Shown: positions 25,775-41,089, counted from the first letter of the stretch. The stretch: DNA of 64,000 nt from Octopus vulgaris (GCA_951406725.2 OX597814.1:31434001-31498000); one strand, 5' to 3'. Made by a program: numbers and translations. Notes: generated by a model not told the origin, from the sequence alone.

Positions 25775-26283
25775 GATATATATATATGTAAATATTTTAA
25801 TATATATATATGTATATATATACATATATTTATATATGTAGTATGTATATGTATATATGTGTATATATATGTGTCAATATATATATATATTTATATATGT
25901 AGTATGTATATGCATATATATGTATATATGTGTATATATGTGTATATATATATACATATATACATATACACATATATGTATATATATATATATATATATG
26001 TGTGTGTATGTATGTGTGTGTGTATAATGATATATATATATATATAATATATAATACATATATATGTAAATATTTTAATATATATATATATGTATATATA
26101 TACATATATTTATATATGTAGTATGTATATGTATATATGTGTATATATATATGCGTGTATATATATATATATATTTATATATGTACTATGTATATGTATA
26201 TATATGTATATATGTGTATATATGTGTATATATATACACATATATACATATACACATATATGTATATATATGTGTGTGTATGG

Positions 26284-26319
<36 letters not shown>

Positions 26320-26320
26320 A
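25680..26320. repeat. compound TA/TG microsatellite duplicated with ~280-bp period
   Basis: The unique interruption aaatattttaa occurs at 25789 and 26068, with matching flanks. Confidence 0.85.
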
Positions 26321-26928
26321 TAATACTTACAGTCATACATATAGCTATATGTGCATTCTTCGTATAAGCAGACCTAAAAATAAATGAATACATATGAATT
26401 GATAATTAGGTTTATTTTCGTAAAATAATTAACTAGAACTTTTTCTAAACATTTGACGCCATATACTTAGTGTACATTCCAACTAGGTAAATTAACTTTC
26501 ATTTAATTTTGGATGCATATGAAAATGAGTCATTTAATTTTTCTTCTCATATACTGGTGTTGTCTCTATGTTTCTTTTCAATTTAGAGTTTTAGATTTTG
26601 CTATTTTCTGAAATGTTTTTTGTGTGTAATTTTACGTAGAATCCGGGAGAGCCTGATTGTTGTGTACACATGATGTATGTATTTGCATGGGTTTATGTAT
26701 GTGCGTTGTATCTATGTCGGTGTTGGTGTGTGTTTGTACAGTAATTAAATGTAAGCGCTGTCCTATATAAGTGTCAGTATTAAATTTTTAATTTTAACTT
26801 GATGGATGGCATTTGAAAAGACAAATACTTCTATCTCATGTTTTGATCTGCAATGTCTAAATAGATCAATTATTTTTGATGACTCCAACAAAAGTGAGGC
26901 CATTTTGGCGCCTTTTCCATGAACTTAC

Positions 26929-26982
26929 CTATCCACAGTATATATTTCCAGCAACTTCTGCATTGATTATTTGCATTATCTA
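26929..26982 (-). CDS. candidate 54-nt symmetric phase-1 exon (xDNANNQCRSCWKYILWI)
   Basis: Minus strand: gtttctgtgatttttcag|TAGATAATG...TGGATAG|gtaagt. Length is a multiple of 3 and the frame is open. Confidence 0.45.
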
Positions 26983-28231
26983 CTGAAAAATCACAGAAAC
27001 TAAACGAATGGTGTATATTTAAAAAAACAGAAAGAACAAACAGTATTGCGATCGACTTCACCGAACTAATTAGTTTTAAACGTCAAATAGAATGGGAAAA
27101 AAGCTCATGTGAAAGTAAGAGGAGTGTAAAATGAAATTAAATAAAATTACAAAGAGCTGTCTCTGAATAACCCCATCGAATATATAAATATATTATTTTG
27201 TCTTTCAACTTTATTTATCTATTTATGACTTCTTCCCAAGCATGTACATGCGTGTGTGTTTATATTTACTCTGTCTCTATATGCTAGAAATAGAAAGTTA
27301 TCGTTGCTGGTGAGAGCGACGTTTTTTCAGTTATATTTTCCTTTGTTTACCGCTCATGCTGAGTGAAGTTGAATGCTTAGAGATTCTGTCATTTTAAAGA
27401 ATTGTCAGTGTAGAATTGGGGAATGATGGGAAGAGACTTGAGGTTAAGTTTTCTTGGAGGAACCAATAGCATTAATACATCAAGAAAAGTAACAAAACAT
27501 TCGTGCATTATTGACTGCCCACGTTACTTACTGGAGGTAGGTTCAATAATTTCGGTCTTGGTGACGTGGTCGAACACACAAAATCTTCAGATTTTAACTT
27601 AAGCCTAGCAATTTTAAGGGAAAAGGAAGTCGATTATAGACATATCTCAAGTATTCCACTGGTACTTTTTATCTGCCTCGGAAAGGATGGAAGTCAACAG
27701 TATAATGTGATCTAGCTCAGAGTATAAGCGTCGGAATACTGCATGGTGGTTTACTCGACGCGCTTTAAGTTAGAGCATAATAATATATATTATGACCAGA
27801 ACGCAAAACCAGCGATAAAAAGCAAAAATTCAATTCATCTTCGGAAGTTCGACTTCCTAAAAGTAAAAAATTTAAAAGGGTCAATCGACTGAATGCTAAT
27901 CTTTCTAATATAAAACCTGAAACTTTTGGGATCGGTAGTATAACTTAGTGAAACTAAAATCTGATCTCAAAATGAATCTATATATGATTGTTTTTCTAGA
28001 AACATTAAAGATAGTAACTCTTTCGTAGTTGTAATATAAAAAAAAAACTCATAAGTGAATTGAAATAAAATACTCATATAATTAGAGCACTAATTAATTC
28101 GGTTGAATAATATCCAATTGAAATTGCAATCGATTTTTTTTATTCCCGGTTGTAAATATCATATGCTGGTGTGATACGTAATATTGTTTTACGTTGTTGT
28201 TAAAGGCTTCGGCCGTTTTGCCAATGGATAG

Positions 28232-28268
28232 ATCATCATCATCATTATTATTATTATTAATATTATCA

Positions 28269-28346
<78 letters not shown>

Positions 28347-28447
28347 TATGTTTGACTTTTGCTTTATATTTGTACAAGTTGGCTCCAACTCTCACCCAGA
28401 GACCTCAAGAGACAACATCATCATTATTATTATTATTATTAATATTA

Positions 28448-28539
<92 letters not shown>
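28232..28539. repeat. (ATT)n arrays with a duplicated ~70-bp LINE 3' end
   Basis: ctatgtttgacttttgc...cctcaagagacaac occurs at 28346 and 28540, each preceded by an (ATT)n array with the same interruptions. Confidence 0.9.
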
Positions 28540-28540
<1 letters not shown>

Positions 28541-30887
28541 TATGTTTGACTTTTGCTTTATATTTGTACAAGTTGGCTCCAACTCTCACCCAGAGACCTC
28601 AAGAGACAACAGGCTGGAAGTTCATGTTGTTGTTATGCTTAGTGTGCCATATATGTGGTTTTGTATTTAGTGTTGTACTAGTGAATGTCTAAAAAAAACA
28701 TACGAAAATTATGTTTGTTTTAAAACTTGAGATTACATAGAAAGTATTTTGCATACGATATGGGCAGTTCCCATGAGCACTATCTTTTGAATTTCTGCCA
28801 TTTTGGGGTTTACTGGTATCTGAGTTAGGTAGCAATCAGCCCCTTTTGCTATCATTCCCAGGGCACCTATAACAACAGGTATTGTTTTAGTCTTCAGGTT
28901 CCACATTTTGCTGATTTCTATTTCAAGATCTTTATATTTGCTCAGTTTTTGGTAGGTTTTGACAGATACGTTTATATCGATTGGGACAGTCATATCAATG
29001 AGGAGGCATGCTCTTTGTCTGAAGTCTTTCAATATGATGTCTGGCCTACTTGCATCTATCTTTCTGTCAGTTTGAATGGTGAAGTTCCAGAAGAGTGAGA
29101 TGTGGTCATTTCCAAGCACTGGAGGGGATTTGTGTTCCCACCAGTTTTTTTCATGGGGCAAATCCAGATTTTTGCAAATTACCTAGTGAATATATTGTGC
29201 AGCTCTATCATGCCTGTTGAGATACTCTGTAGGCGCTAGAAGACTGCGCTTGGAGACGACATGATCAATGGTTTCATTTTGTCGTTGACATACACGATAT
29301 GTTGGGCTACTGCGTTCTTTAATATGTAGGCATTGATCTTGAGCTGCTATGATAAACCCTTGTTTCAGATTTTAATCCAGAGGCCATTAGCCATTGATGA
29401 GTCAGGGCTTTGTCAACATCTGCATTATTCGCTCTCTTTGGGTATTTGCCATAGAGAGGTTTTTTCTTGCCATTTATCATTCAGAATATCTAAGGCAGCA
29501 GTTTTAGCACGGGTTTTCATGCGCTTAGCTTTTTCTATGTTTGTTTCTTGTATGTCTAATTCCGAAATTTGTTGTATTCGGAATTCTCTTAGATATTCCT
29601 TTGCCTGTTTTGTTACTGAGTATGATGCTTTCTTGTTTTCATGTTTTGAGACAAGTTTTAACATCCAGTCCTCAGAGTTTTTCAGGTAGGTGTCTAGGCC
29701 AATTGTAGCAATCTTCATTGTTATTGCCAGTTGTAAAAGTCCACGGCCACCCACTTTTCTTGGCAGATAAAGTCGATTTATATCTGCCTTAGGGTGATGC
29801 ATTCTATGCATTGTCAACAATTTTCGTATTTTTCTGTCAAGATTACATATTTCAGTAATTGACCAGTTAACGATATTGAAACTGTAAGTCACGACTGGTA
29901 TGGCTAAAGCATTGATCGCTTCGATCCCGTTTCTCGCATTCAGCTCTGTCTTGGGTATTGCTCTTACTCTGCGATAACATTCTCTCCTGATCCTTTCCTT
30001 CATCATTGAATGCCTTATTCCGTCCCTTTCAATTACCCTTAGGTACTTGTAGCTCTCCGCTGGGTCTAATTCTTTTATGACATTCTGCTGGTCAAGGTTA
30101 ACGTTAGACGTTTCTGTCATTTTTCCTTTGATAAGGATAGCTTTTTCACATTTATCGAGGCCAAATTGCATTCTGATGTCATCACTGAATTGTTTAACAA
30201 TCGCTAGTAAGACCTTGAGTTGTTGGTCATTTTTTGCAAAGAGCTTTAAATCATCCATGTAAATGAGATGACTTATATTTTTATCAAACATTTTATATCC
30301 GTACTGCGCGTCATTGAGCAATTTTGAGAGAGGTATTAAGGCTAAAGAAAAGATGAGTGGTGATAGTGAGTCACCCTGGAAAACGCCACATGAAATTTTT
30401 ACATCAGCATTTAGAGATTCATTGTCACTGTTCAAAGTTAGTGTGGTTCTCCATGATCTCATACTTACAGACAAAAAGTTTCGGAGAATAGGTGATATTT
30501 TATACATTTCCAGGCATTTCTTAATCCAGCTATGTAGTAGGTTATCAAAAGCCTTTTTATAGTCTATCCAGGCTATTGATAAGTTTTTGTGTCGTTTGTG
30601 ACAATCTTCTAAGATCATCTTATTGATGAGTAGTTGATCTTTACAAGCATAGGATCGACGTTTACATCCTTTCTGTTCATTAGGGAATAAGCTGCTGTCT
30701 GTTAAAAAACTATAGGTATATTCCGTCAGGACAGATGTTAGCGTTTTATACGTAGCTGTTAAGCAGCTTATGGATCTATAGTTAACTAGCCAAGGAGGCA
30801 TCCTACTAGGGTGTTGCAAAACATCATTGTACAGTTCTGTTAGCAGTTCATGGCTCTCTGGGAAGGCATTCAACCGGAAGTTAGGAA

Positions 30888-30889
<2 letters not shown>
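28540..30889 (-). mobile_element. 5'-truncated, frameshifted R4/Dong-like non-LTR retrotransposon (RT + degenerate CCHC + restriction-like endonuclease)
   Basis: ORF 29425-30996 has WIDYKKAFD, QGDSLSP, YMDD and GGRGL. Between the ORFs: YRVCQRQNETIDHVVS and RHD. ORF 28733-29161 has RPDI..LIDMTVP..K..KY..PVVIGALG. Both ends lie in (TAA)n. Confidence 0.92.
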
Positions 30890-30950
<61 letters not shown>

Positions 30951-31233
30951 CATCATCATCATTACCAAGGCTGTGAGGTGTCAGAATCGTTAGCACACCG
31001 GCTTACGATAGTCGATCCATGATAAGGCTAAGTTACTTTTCCTCCTCTTGCAGTCTGTAAGTACAGTTTTGTCTATCAGGAGTTGATCCTTGGTACCTCT
31101 GCACTTACGCTTGCAACCCTTCTGCTCATGTGGCAGAACTCCCTTTTTCCAGGTGTTCGTACATTGACTCTGCGAGTATTCTAATCAATAACTTCCACTT
31201 TGACTTTATTATTATCATCATTATTATTATTAA

Positions 31234-31445
31234 GGCGCCGAGCTGGCAGAATCGTTAGCACGCAGGGCGAAATACTTAGCAGTATTTCGTCCTTCTTTAT
31301 GTTCTGAGTTCAAATTCCGCCGAACTCGACTTTGCCTCTCATCCTTTCGGGGTCGATAAATTACGTACCAATGAAAAACTGGCATTGATGTAATCGACTA
31401 GTCCCCCCACCAATTTCAGGCCTTCTGTGCCTTTAGCAGAAAAGA
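31234..31445 (+). mobile_element. SINE family B variant with alternative tail, in (ATT)n
   Basis: Family B head and centre, then tagtccccccaccaatttcaggcc...gaaaag(att)n. Confidence 0.85.
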
Positions 31446-31455
31446 TTATTATTAC

Positions 31456-31521
<66 letters not shown>

Positions 31522-32297
31522 CATCACCATCGTATGCTTGGAGTCAAACATTGAAGAGGATATTCAGAGAACCAAATTTACTTCCCAGTAGGAAGAATTT
31601 CCTTTTACTTATGTCGCTCATGTTTCGTTAAAAAGCGGGCAATTCATGAACTTCCATAATGTGTGTTTTGGGAATAATAAGATATGTTAATCTGATATAA
31701 TACTCCTTTCAAAAGAAATAAGAAATACACTTGATTCAAGCAGAGACAAAAAGACTAGCAATATCGGTTTGCCGAATGAGAAAGAAACGATATAAAGGGA
31801 AACTCTCAATCATATTTTCGGTTATATAGTAAATTTTCCGCGAAGTTTGCTACTGGGAAGTTAATATTTCTTAAGAACAACTTGGCAGCCAATACAGTTT
31901 ATCGAGGCACTAGATAGATTGAACTAAAAAAGTTTTTTTAGTACAAGCATTATATATTTACACATGGGGAATAACAATTTTCCTTGGGAAAACTGAAAAC
32001 AAATTGCATCAGAAATGAAAGTAAAACAAAAATCACAAAGATATATGGAAGCACAAAAAGTATAATAATAAGGTTTTGATGTAGTAGTTAGAATATTATA
32101 TATAAAATCAGCCGTCGGGTGTAACAAGCATTATATTGTAAAGAACTGGGTGCTAAAAACGTACATTTAGTTTAGAAAATGGAGACTACCAAGCACTGTT
32201 AATACGTAGCGAAACCAAACAGAAAAAATATATTTCAGATTAATATTCCTGCTGAAAGTAGTAAGATTCGCAAATGCGTGGTATTGCAAATAAAATA

Positions 32298-32527
32298 GCG
32301 GCGTGACTGCAGAAACGTTAGTGCGCCGGGCGAAATGCTTTCCAGTATTTCGTCTGCAGTTACGTTCTGAGTTCAAATTCCGTCGAGGTCGACTTTGCCT
32401 TTCATCCTTTCGGGGTCGATGAAATAAGTACCAGTTACGCACTGCGGTCGATGTAATCGACTTAATCCGTTTGTCTGTCCTTGTTTGTCCCCTCTGTGTT
32501 TAGCCCCTTGTGGGTAGTAAAGAAATA
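32298..32527 (+). mobile_element. SINE family B
   Basis: Consensus match; TSD gtattgca(a/g)ataaaa at 32281 and 32529. Confidence 0.92.
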
Positions 32528-32880
32528 GGTATTGCAGATAAAAATTAATAGAGTAAAAACGAGTAGATCACTGAATTGCAAAAATCGGTCCTGTGACTGA
32601 ATCGTTGAAACATTGAACAAGATATCTGAGATTTGTTTTCAGAGATTTTGTTTGATAACACGAGTTCAAATCAGACTAGGAGTGATTTCGTCTCTCATCA
32701 TTGATAAAGTAAGTAAAAGACCACTTAGTATTGGATTTGATTCATATCGAAATAAATTAAATAAGTTATCGATTCATATATTGAGCACACTCTTGATATC
32801 TCGTTTGATTAGAAAATATGCCGGTGCATTAACAGAGCTTTGTTATAAAACGTTAATGTTATATTGAATTTATCTAAAGA

Positions 32881-33745
32881 CTAGCAGTATAGCCTGGCGT
32901 TGCTCGGGTGTATTTTTTTAGTTGCGCTTAAAACGACAGACTTTGATGTCGCGTTAACAAAGTTTTGATATAGTTTCAATCTATCAATAAAAGTATAGTG
33001 TGGCTATGCTCGAGTTTGCTCTGGATGCGGTGTAAATGTGTAATGCCGACTTCAATTGTTGGTATTGTTGGTTAATATTTCTTCTATTAACATTATGGAG
33101 AAAAAAATTACTCGTAGATTTAAAGCAAAATGAAGCTCAAGTTTCGAACTGCACTAAAAATCTATGAAGGAGTTAACACTGCAACAGTATTCATTAAGAA
33201 AAAGTGCAGGAAAATCCAAAACGTTAGTAAGAACACTTTGTGGTTACAAAAAACCCAAAAAACGTTATTTTGAAGCCAAACGGGTGAGCCACATGAATCG
33301 TGGTTGTACCTGTAAAATGAATAAAATCGACTATTTTACTTCACGTATAACTAAAAGTATCTGTAAAATCAAAACATACCCATTGATGGTTTGATTTGAA
33401 TATCGTAGATAGTAACAGCATGCAGATCGCACTTTTCCTGGTTGAAATACACCGAAAAATGGCGACACAACAGTAAAAAAATCGTAAGAAATAGGGATTT
33501 TCATAAAAAAAGTGCACCTACTTGATCTAAATAATTTTTGGTCTTAACATGGTCCGATTTGAATTTTTTCTTCTACGGGAGGAAGAGCAAGCCTTCTATC
33601 ATGCTCTCAGTTTTGGTCAACTTGCACTGCAGGGTCTCGGAGGAGAAAGTGTTAGTTGAAGGCTACCAAACCTGCCACACACACACACACACACACGCAC
33701 ACACACACACACACACAAAGACAACTTCAGCTTTAAATATATCGA
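32881..33745 (-). mobile_element. non-autonomous Helitron
   Basis: Minus strand starts A|TC, ends with hairpin CCCGAGCAACGCCAGG then CTAG|T, and carries (CA)n near the 5' end. Confidence 0.7.
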
Positions 33746-34431
33746 TATCTAAAGGAAACTCTATGTTATATACATGAGTAACAGACTTATCTTTATATGC
33801 AGCGTGTTTGTGATCAAAAACCCCCCAAAAACCAAAAAATAAAAAGTGGAATTAACCAGATCAGTTTGAAACCTGTTATAGTTCCATTGAGAGACTGACT
33901 ATGAACAGATTATTACTGAGTATTTCAATAGGTAAGATAGAAAAAGCTACATACACCAAAAATATATTTCGAATTTGCAGTTTTTAGTATTCACTGTTAA
34001 AGTCAAAGCACCATGGCAGCGCTCGAGGTGTTTCCACTGTCCGAGAGGAGAAGATGTCAAGTTTATTGTTAAATATCAGACACCCACCGACGATTACGAC
34101 ATCATGAATTAGACAGTGACTTAGACTGTTACTGGCATATACCAGCTAAAATCATGCAATCTTAGGTAGCAGATACAAAACCCGTGCTACATAAATGCAG
34201 ATGTCAAATTACCAAATGCTATATGTAAAGCATAATATTTGAAATGTTCGATTACACACACACACACACACACACACACTAACACACAAGTATTTTAAAA
34301 CTTTTTACTGATAATGATTATTAGAATCGCATTGGGTTTCATGTTAATGCGAACATTAGCCGAAAAATGTTGCTACCCGCTTTGGTGAAATATTTGGCGT
34401 TAGAACAAACACTTGTGCACTATCGTTTATT

Positions 34432-34797
34432 ACTCTGTTTTAATCTCTTTTACTTGTTTCAGTCATTCGACTGTGACCATGCTGGAGCACTGCCTTTTAG
34501 TAGAACAACTCGACCCCAAGAATTATTCTTTGTAAGCCTAGTACTTATTCTATCGGGGTCCTTTGCGGAAGCGCTAAGTTACGGGTACGTAAAGACACCA
34601 GCATCGGTTGTCAAGCGATGTTGGGGGGACAAACACAGACACACAAACATATATATATGCATATATATATACGACGGGCTTCTTTCAGATCCACTCACAA
34701 GGTTTGGTCGGCCCGAGGCTATAGTAGAAGATACTTGCCCAAGGTGCCACGAAGTGGAATTGAACCCGGAACCATGTGGTTCGTAAGCAAGCTACTT
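34432..34797 (-). mobile_element. SINE family C
   Basis: Reverse-complement match to 24997; same sense as 43700 and 62971. Confidence 0.9.
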
Positions 34798-35999
34798 AGT
34801 TTGTGTTTCGTGTCTGAAAACTTACAATTGTTTCGATTTTCCGCATCTTCTTTGTTATTCTTTGAGTTTATTTTTCTTGTGTCCCTTTCTGTGGGTGTGT
34901 GGAAGAGAGCTGTTTTGAAATTGATATTTTTTCGAAGGGTAAAATATAGGCTGAAAAGTTAACCAATGACGAGGAAGAAAAAAAAAACAGCCAATCAGAA
35001 AATACAAAATTCAAGCCAATAATCAACAACAAGCACAAGACAGCACTCACACGAAGAAATAAGATTATATCATGCAATTATAAAATGAAACCGACTTTCA
35101 ACGAGCACTTATCGGGAGACCGCCAAGTTGTGAAACTCAAGTCAATAGATTGAAATTCACTTTGAGTAACCCATATACATGTATCGATCATTTATCGATC
35201 ATTTATCGATCATTTATCTTTCATTCGTTCGACATGACGTTAATATATACGTATTTATATATGCCTATCAATATGTATGTACTTATATATATATGTGTGT
35301 GTGTGTACACGCACACACACATTTAATGTAGACACTACTTAGGTAGCTCCTCAATAGTAGTAAGCAAGTAGAGAATGTGGTCTAGGAGTGCGCCGGTGGT
35401 TCAACAGGCAGAAGAGGGCAAAGATCCAAAAGAAGAAGCAATGAGCCACAAAGAAGATACACAAGCGCGCGCATACGCACACACACGCGTACACGTACAA
35501 AAACTTAATTACGATATTCAAATTTCAGAATACTGATATTTAAAGCATAGAATATCACCCCGCCTACCACAGTTATGCGGAGTATTCTTATGCGGTGGGC
35601 TGGCACGAGGTGGTAGCATTGACATGACCATGCGCTTTATAAATATCCCCCAGTATGTATATCGAGGTCGATATACACACAACCTTATGTTGTTTTATCG
35701 AAGATTATTATCATACATATATTTCGCGCTTATAATTCGCAGAACAAGGTTATATACTCACACATAGATACATACACGCGTGCGCACTCGCGCAGACACA
35801 CACGCACACAAACACACAAACACACGAACGCACGCACACACGTAGACATATATATATATATGTATGTATATGTATATGTAGACATATAAATGTATTATCT
35901 ATCTATCTACCTACCTATATATATGTATATATGCATATATATATATATATATATATACCTATCTCTGTGTGTGTCTATCTGTGTATCTATCTATTTATC

Positions 36000-36037
<38 letters not shown>

Positions 36038-36087
36038 TATATACATACATATATTCGTATACACATACACACACACACACACATATA

Positions 36088-36143
<56 letters not shown>

Positions 36144-37189
36144 CATACATACAACGATATACAGAAATATTCATGAAGGAATATATGCATTGCCTGTAAG
36201 AATATATATACATCATGTTTACTGTCGATATCATATTGACATCCATAATTCCATTTTATTTACTAAAAAAAAAATAATAAAGACTTAAATATTTTTGAGT
36301 CAGTAATACTTTCCATATAGAAGAAAAGAGTAATATTTTCTTTGTATCTACTTTATAGACGTTATTCGCAATATCATCTATAGAAAAACATAATAATAAT
36401 GCAGAATAAAAAGGGGAAAAAATATATGTGGTTTAATGGAAGGGTATTATCATACGTATATTTTGAGGGTATAAACTGTAGATAAGGGTTATTGAATTTG
36501 AACGCCTAATAGAAAAATAAAATATATGTATGGATAAAATGGTATAATATGTATAAACACATGCACACATTTATATTCATACTTACACATATATATGTAC
36601 TTATTATATACATACAATCACACGTACATACATACATACTTATATATATATATATATATGTGGTAAACATATGTAAATACATATATAGATGCTTAAATAT
36701 ATTTGCTTCCTTGTAAAAATCAGCCAGTTGTATCAATTCCTATTTCTTAGGCACTATCGTTTATGGAGACGTAAAATAACTGCTGTACTTCATTTTTCGG
36801 ATTCATTAGCAACGATAGAATGCCAGCGGCCTATGTTCTGTCCTCGATATACTTTTAAGAGGACTCAAATATCTTTGTTAGATTTTTGGAAAAAAAAAAT
36901 GTCTCCCGGTGAAGCAAAGTACTAGATGAAAGGATAATTAAGCAAATGGAATCTGTTTCTTTCGGTTTGGGGGCCAAAGGCTGAACATACTTGAATAACA
37001 AATCTAGTTTAAAGTTTTTTTTCTTTCTCTTTCCCCCACCCTTTACATTATGTTTCTACTTACTAAGAAATGTAATAGTCACATCTCGATACAGCATTAG
37101 AATCACCTCTCGTAATTTCAATTGCTATCTGAAATATATAGCTGGAAAATACATTGAGTGTATTAAAGTTTATTTAAATGTTATTAAGC

Positions 37190-37327
<138 letters not shown>

Positions 37328-37790
37328 AAATGTTATCTGAATGTGCAGTTAAGCATTCAAATATTCTCTTTTTTCTCTAGAATTTGGATTTGCTACTTTC
37401 CCAACTACAAGTTGATTTATGCCGCGATCTATGGAGACCATTTTTTTTTATGTATTTGTAGCATTATGCGTCTGTCTCTCTCTCCATTTATATCAATATT
37501 TCAAGGCGTACGAATAGACAGATACACACATAGACACACACACGAACACTCATACACATATGCATCTATATATATACACATTGTTAAGAAATAGGAAGTC
37601 CTTGGTACAATAATATATATTTAAAAGAATGAATAGAAATGACTTCATTCGTAATTTTTCCATTTTAATAATTAGATGTTTGTAAGTTATTTGGTATTAA
37701 ACACTTAATAACTTAAAACATCTCATTATAAAAGCGGAAAAATTATCAGAAAAGCCATCTTTTTTATTTATTCAAAGATCTATCTATATA

Positions 37791-37902
<112 letters not shown>

Positions 37903-38464
37903 GTCTGTCTATCTATCTATATCTATCTATATCTATCTATATCTATTTATCTCTCTATCTCTCTATCTCTCTATCTATCTATCTATATATATATGTATGT
38001 ATACGCATACGCATATGTATGTATATGTATGTATGCGCATACAAACATACGCGCGCACACACACACACACGCACTCAAGAATCGTCTGTCACTATTGATG
38101 TTGCGAATTCCACTTGTCTAGTAAATAGTGGTTATCACTTCATTAGTAAGTAACTGAGTATTCTGTAGTAGACGTAATTATAAAAAATTGACAAGAAGAA
38201 AAAGCGTTCTACATTTTCTGACAAATCTGGATTTTTGAGTTTCATATAGAATCCATTCTAATGATTCACTTATTTCGAACCTCCTAATAATAATTGAAAA
38301 ACCCTATAGGTGTTGTAGTTGAATGTTGAAAATGTTCGTAACAATGCGGTTTGTGCTCAATCCCGCAGTACAGCAACTTGGGCACTATAACCCCTGGGCC
38401 TTCAATAGCTTGTGAAAGAATTTGATATATACATAAATGTGTCAGTGCGTGGGTGTATATAAAA

Positions 38465-38691
38465 GACGGCGAGCTGGCAGAAACGTTAGCACGCCGGGCG
38501 AAATGTTTAATGGTATTTCGTCTGCGGTTAGGTTCTGAGTTCAAATTCCGCCGAGGTCGACTTTGCCTTTCATCCTTTCGGGGTCGATAAATTGAGTACC
38601 AGTTACGCACTGGGGTCGATGTAATCGACTTAATCCTTTGCCTGTCCTTGTTTGTCCTCTCTGTGTTTAGCCCCTTGTGGGTAGTAAAGAA
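38465..38691 (+). mobile_element. SINE family B
   Basis: Consensus match; TSD tgggtgtatata on both sides. Confidence 0.92.
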
Positions 38692-38744
38692 ATGGGTGTA
38701 TATACGTGATAAGGGGATATATGTATATGTGCATACATATACGT

Positions 38745-38920
38745 TATAACTGCTGTTGGTTATTGGGTTCCAGCAACTTAACGGGTTGTCTAAAATAAAG
38801 CGATAGAGCAAGTACCAGACTTAAAAGAGTTATTGGTATCGATTTGTTCGATTAAGATTACAAGGCGATGGTGCTTCAGTATGACCGCATCTTAATAACT
38901 GAAACAGGTAAAAGAATAAA
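38745..38920 (+). mobile_element. 3' fragment of SINE family C
   Basis: aacttaacgggtt...gatag..caagtaccag...tcgatttgttcga...ggtgcttcagtatgaccgca...actgaaacaggtaaaaga. Confidence 0.7.
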
Positions 38921-40148
38921 ACGGTCTGCTAAACCCAAAAAGGTAGAAAGCCAAAAAAGTGCCAAATTTTGGCTTACTGGAAGAGATAAAAAGATCCCAT
39001 ATAACTTCCCGGAATCGATGACCAAATATAAATAACTATGAAAACAAAACAGACTCTAACTATTCAACATCAAATGCTGAATACAGTAAAACAACCACAT
39101 TATCTCCGTTGGCCTTGGCCTTGTCAAATCGATGTATATTCACAAACACAATAAGGTTGCTATTTATGTCTACTAGATAATACACGTAGGCGTGAACATT
39201 GATCAGAAATATATAACATGTATCCACTAATATTTGAAAGATATCTACACTGAAGGTCAAGAAGGTCATGGATAACATACCAGATACTGTTATCAAAGAC
39301 TAGAAAGAACCTCTCTATAATCTGATAGAAATGTTGACCTCCTGAGCAAAAGAAAACCCAAAGTATCAGAGGAATTTTAAGAAGCTGTCGCAGTTTAAGG
39401 ATCACGCATTTTAAAAATCGAGGAGGTTGTGTATGAAAATGCAATATTTGGAGTACCGACTACGTGTAATAAGGAAGAGCATAAAGAAAAACATTCAAAA
39501 TCTATGAGGATTCGCAGTGTTTTACACAACCAAAATAAGACCTTATGAGGTGCTGTCCACATCTGTTCACCAGACCAACGAAGTTTCTACCAGTCCGATG
39601 ATGCCTTAGCTGGCCAAAACTTCGAAGAGAGTATTAATACTATTCTTATTAAACAATATGATTCATACATACATACACACCCACACACACCCACACATAT
39701 ATATATATGTACATATATGTATATATATATATATATATGTAGGTATATCATATATATATATATAATATACCTACTTTATATATATACTTTATATATATAC
39801 TTTATATATATATATATATAAACATATATAAGACGCGGATACACTTGAGTCCGCTCATTTGCACTAGGAGCGTATGGATCAATCCAAAACTATGTAAAAT
39901 AAAATTTGCTCAAGCAGCCACGTGGTCGGACGAACTAGAGACTTCATTGTTTTGAAGAGAACATGCTAAACATTTGACCATGCAACGTCTACCTGCACGT
40001 ATACGTTGCATGCATTTATATGCACGCGTGCGTGTATATTTATCATTCCTAGATATACAAGCTAAACAAAATACGATTCACTGAATAGGTCTAACGTAAC
40101 CGAAACCTTTCACAATTTTTTTTTTAAATGTTACACTACCAAACTTAC

Positions 40149-40214
40149 CTGCCGGCTAGGTTCAAAATTTTGATACATTGATCCAAATGACCATATCCCC
40201 TTTCCTTATTGCTT
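40149..40214 (-). CDS. candidate 66-nt exon
   Basis: Minus strand: tttaaaacag|AAGCAATAAGG...GCCGGCAG|gtaagt. Perfect donor, weak acceptor; open in one phase (SNKERGYGHLDQCIKILNLAG). Confidence 0.25.
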
Positions 40215-40553
40215 CTGTTTTAAAGATCACTAAAAGGACCTTTGCTCAATAATTGCTTGGTTACTTACTGCTGTTCAAAGATTCTACACTCTCAGCATCA
40301 AATATGCGAAACAATAATATATTTATATTCAACATTTCCGTTCCAAGATATCCCCCACCACCCCACCAAAAATAAAAAAGGAAGAAATAATTATGGCACA
40401 TCATAACCTGTTTGTGAAATTTTGTTTCAGAAAAATGTAGAGAAATGTTTGATATGGAAAAGTATTAATATTATTTTAGATATGTATTGCGTGCATGGAT
40501 TACGCTTTATTGTGAAGAAACATATGCGCCAGTGTTGTACATTAAAGCATTAA

Positions 40554-40757
40554 GGCGCCACGCAGGCAGGATCATTAGCACTCTGGGCGAAATGCTTAGC
40601 GGTATTTCGTCTGCCGTTACGTTCTCAGTTCAAATTCTACCGTGGTCGACTTTGCCTTTCATCGATTAAATAAGTACCAGTTACACACTGGGTTCGATAC
40701 AATCGACTTAATCCGTTTGTCTGTCCTTGTTTTTCCCCTCTGTGTTTAGCCCCTTGT
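40554..40757 (+). mobile_element. SINE family B (diverged)
   Basis: Consensus match with a small central deletion. Confidence 0.88.
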
Positions 40758-41089
40758 GTAAGGAAGTAGCTGACTGCACAGTGCATCTCACGTTTTATGG
40801 TTTTACGATGTTCTTTGTAGAATGTTAATGCGTTTTAAGGCTGGGTAAGACAAGGAATTGCTTATTTGTAAATGTAACACAGAACTTTAATCAAAATAAC
40901 ATGAATACTTGTAGCCATGTCTTGAATGGGGGAAATTTCTAAAGAATCTTAAGGGAAATTTATATTGAAAATTACCCGGGATTTTGTTTAAGTTTAATCA
41001 GTCATATCACTCATATCTCAGGTGCGTCTGAGTGTGTGTGTGTGTGGGGTGGGTGTATATGTGTGTGTGCACGTAGCTCAACTTTATAC

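Noticed and set aside
26870-27061. 63-aa ORF resembling a secreted Cys peptide
   Set aside because: It starts at GTG, and the apparent signal peptide is a polypyrimidine tract; better explained as an internal exon.
39579-39626. CCGATGA-tgcc..ggc-CAAAAC hammerhead-like trace
   Set aside because: It has two core changes and no convincing helix I.
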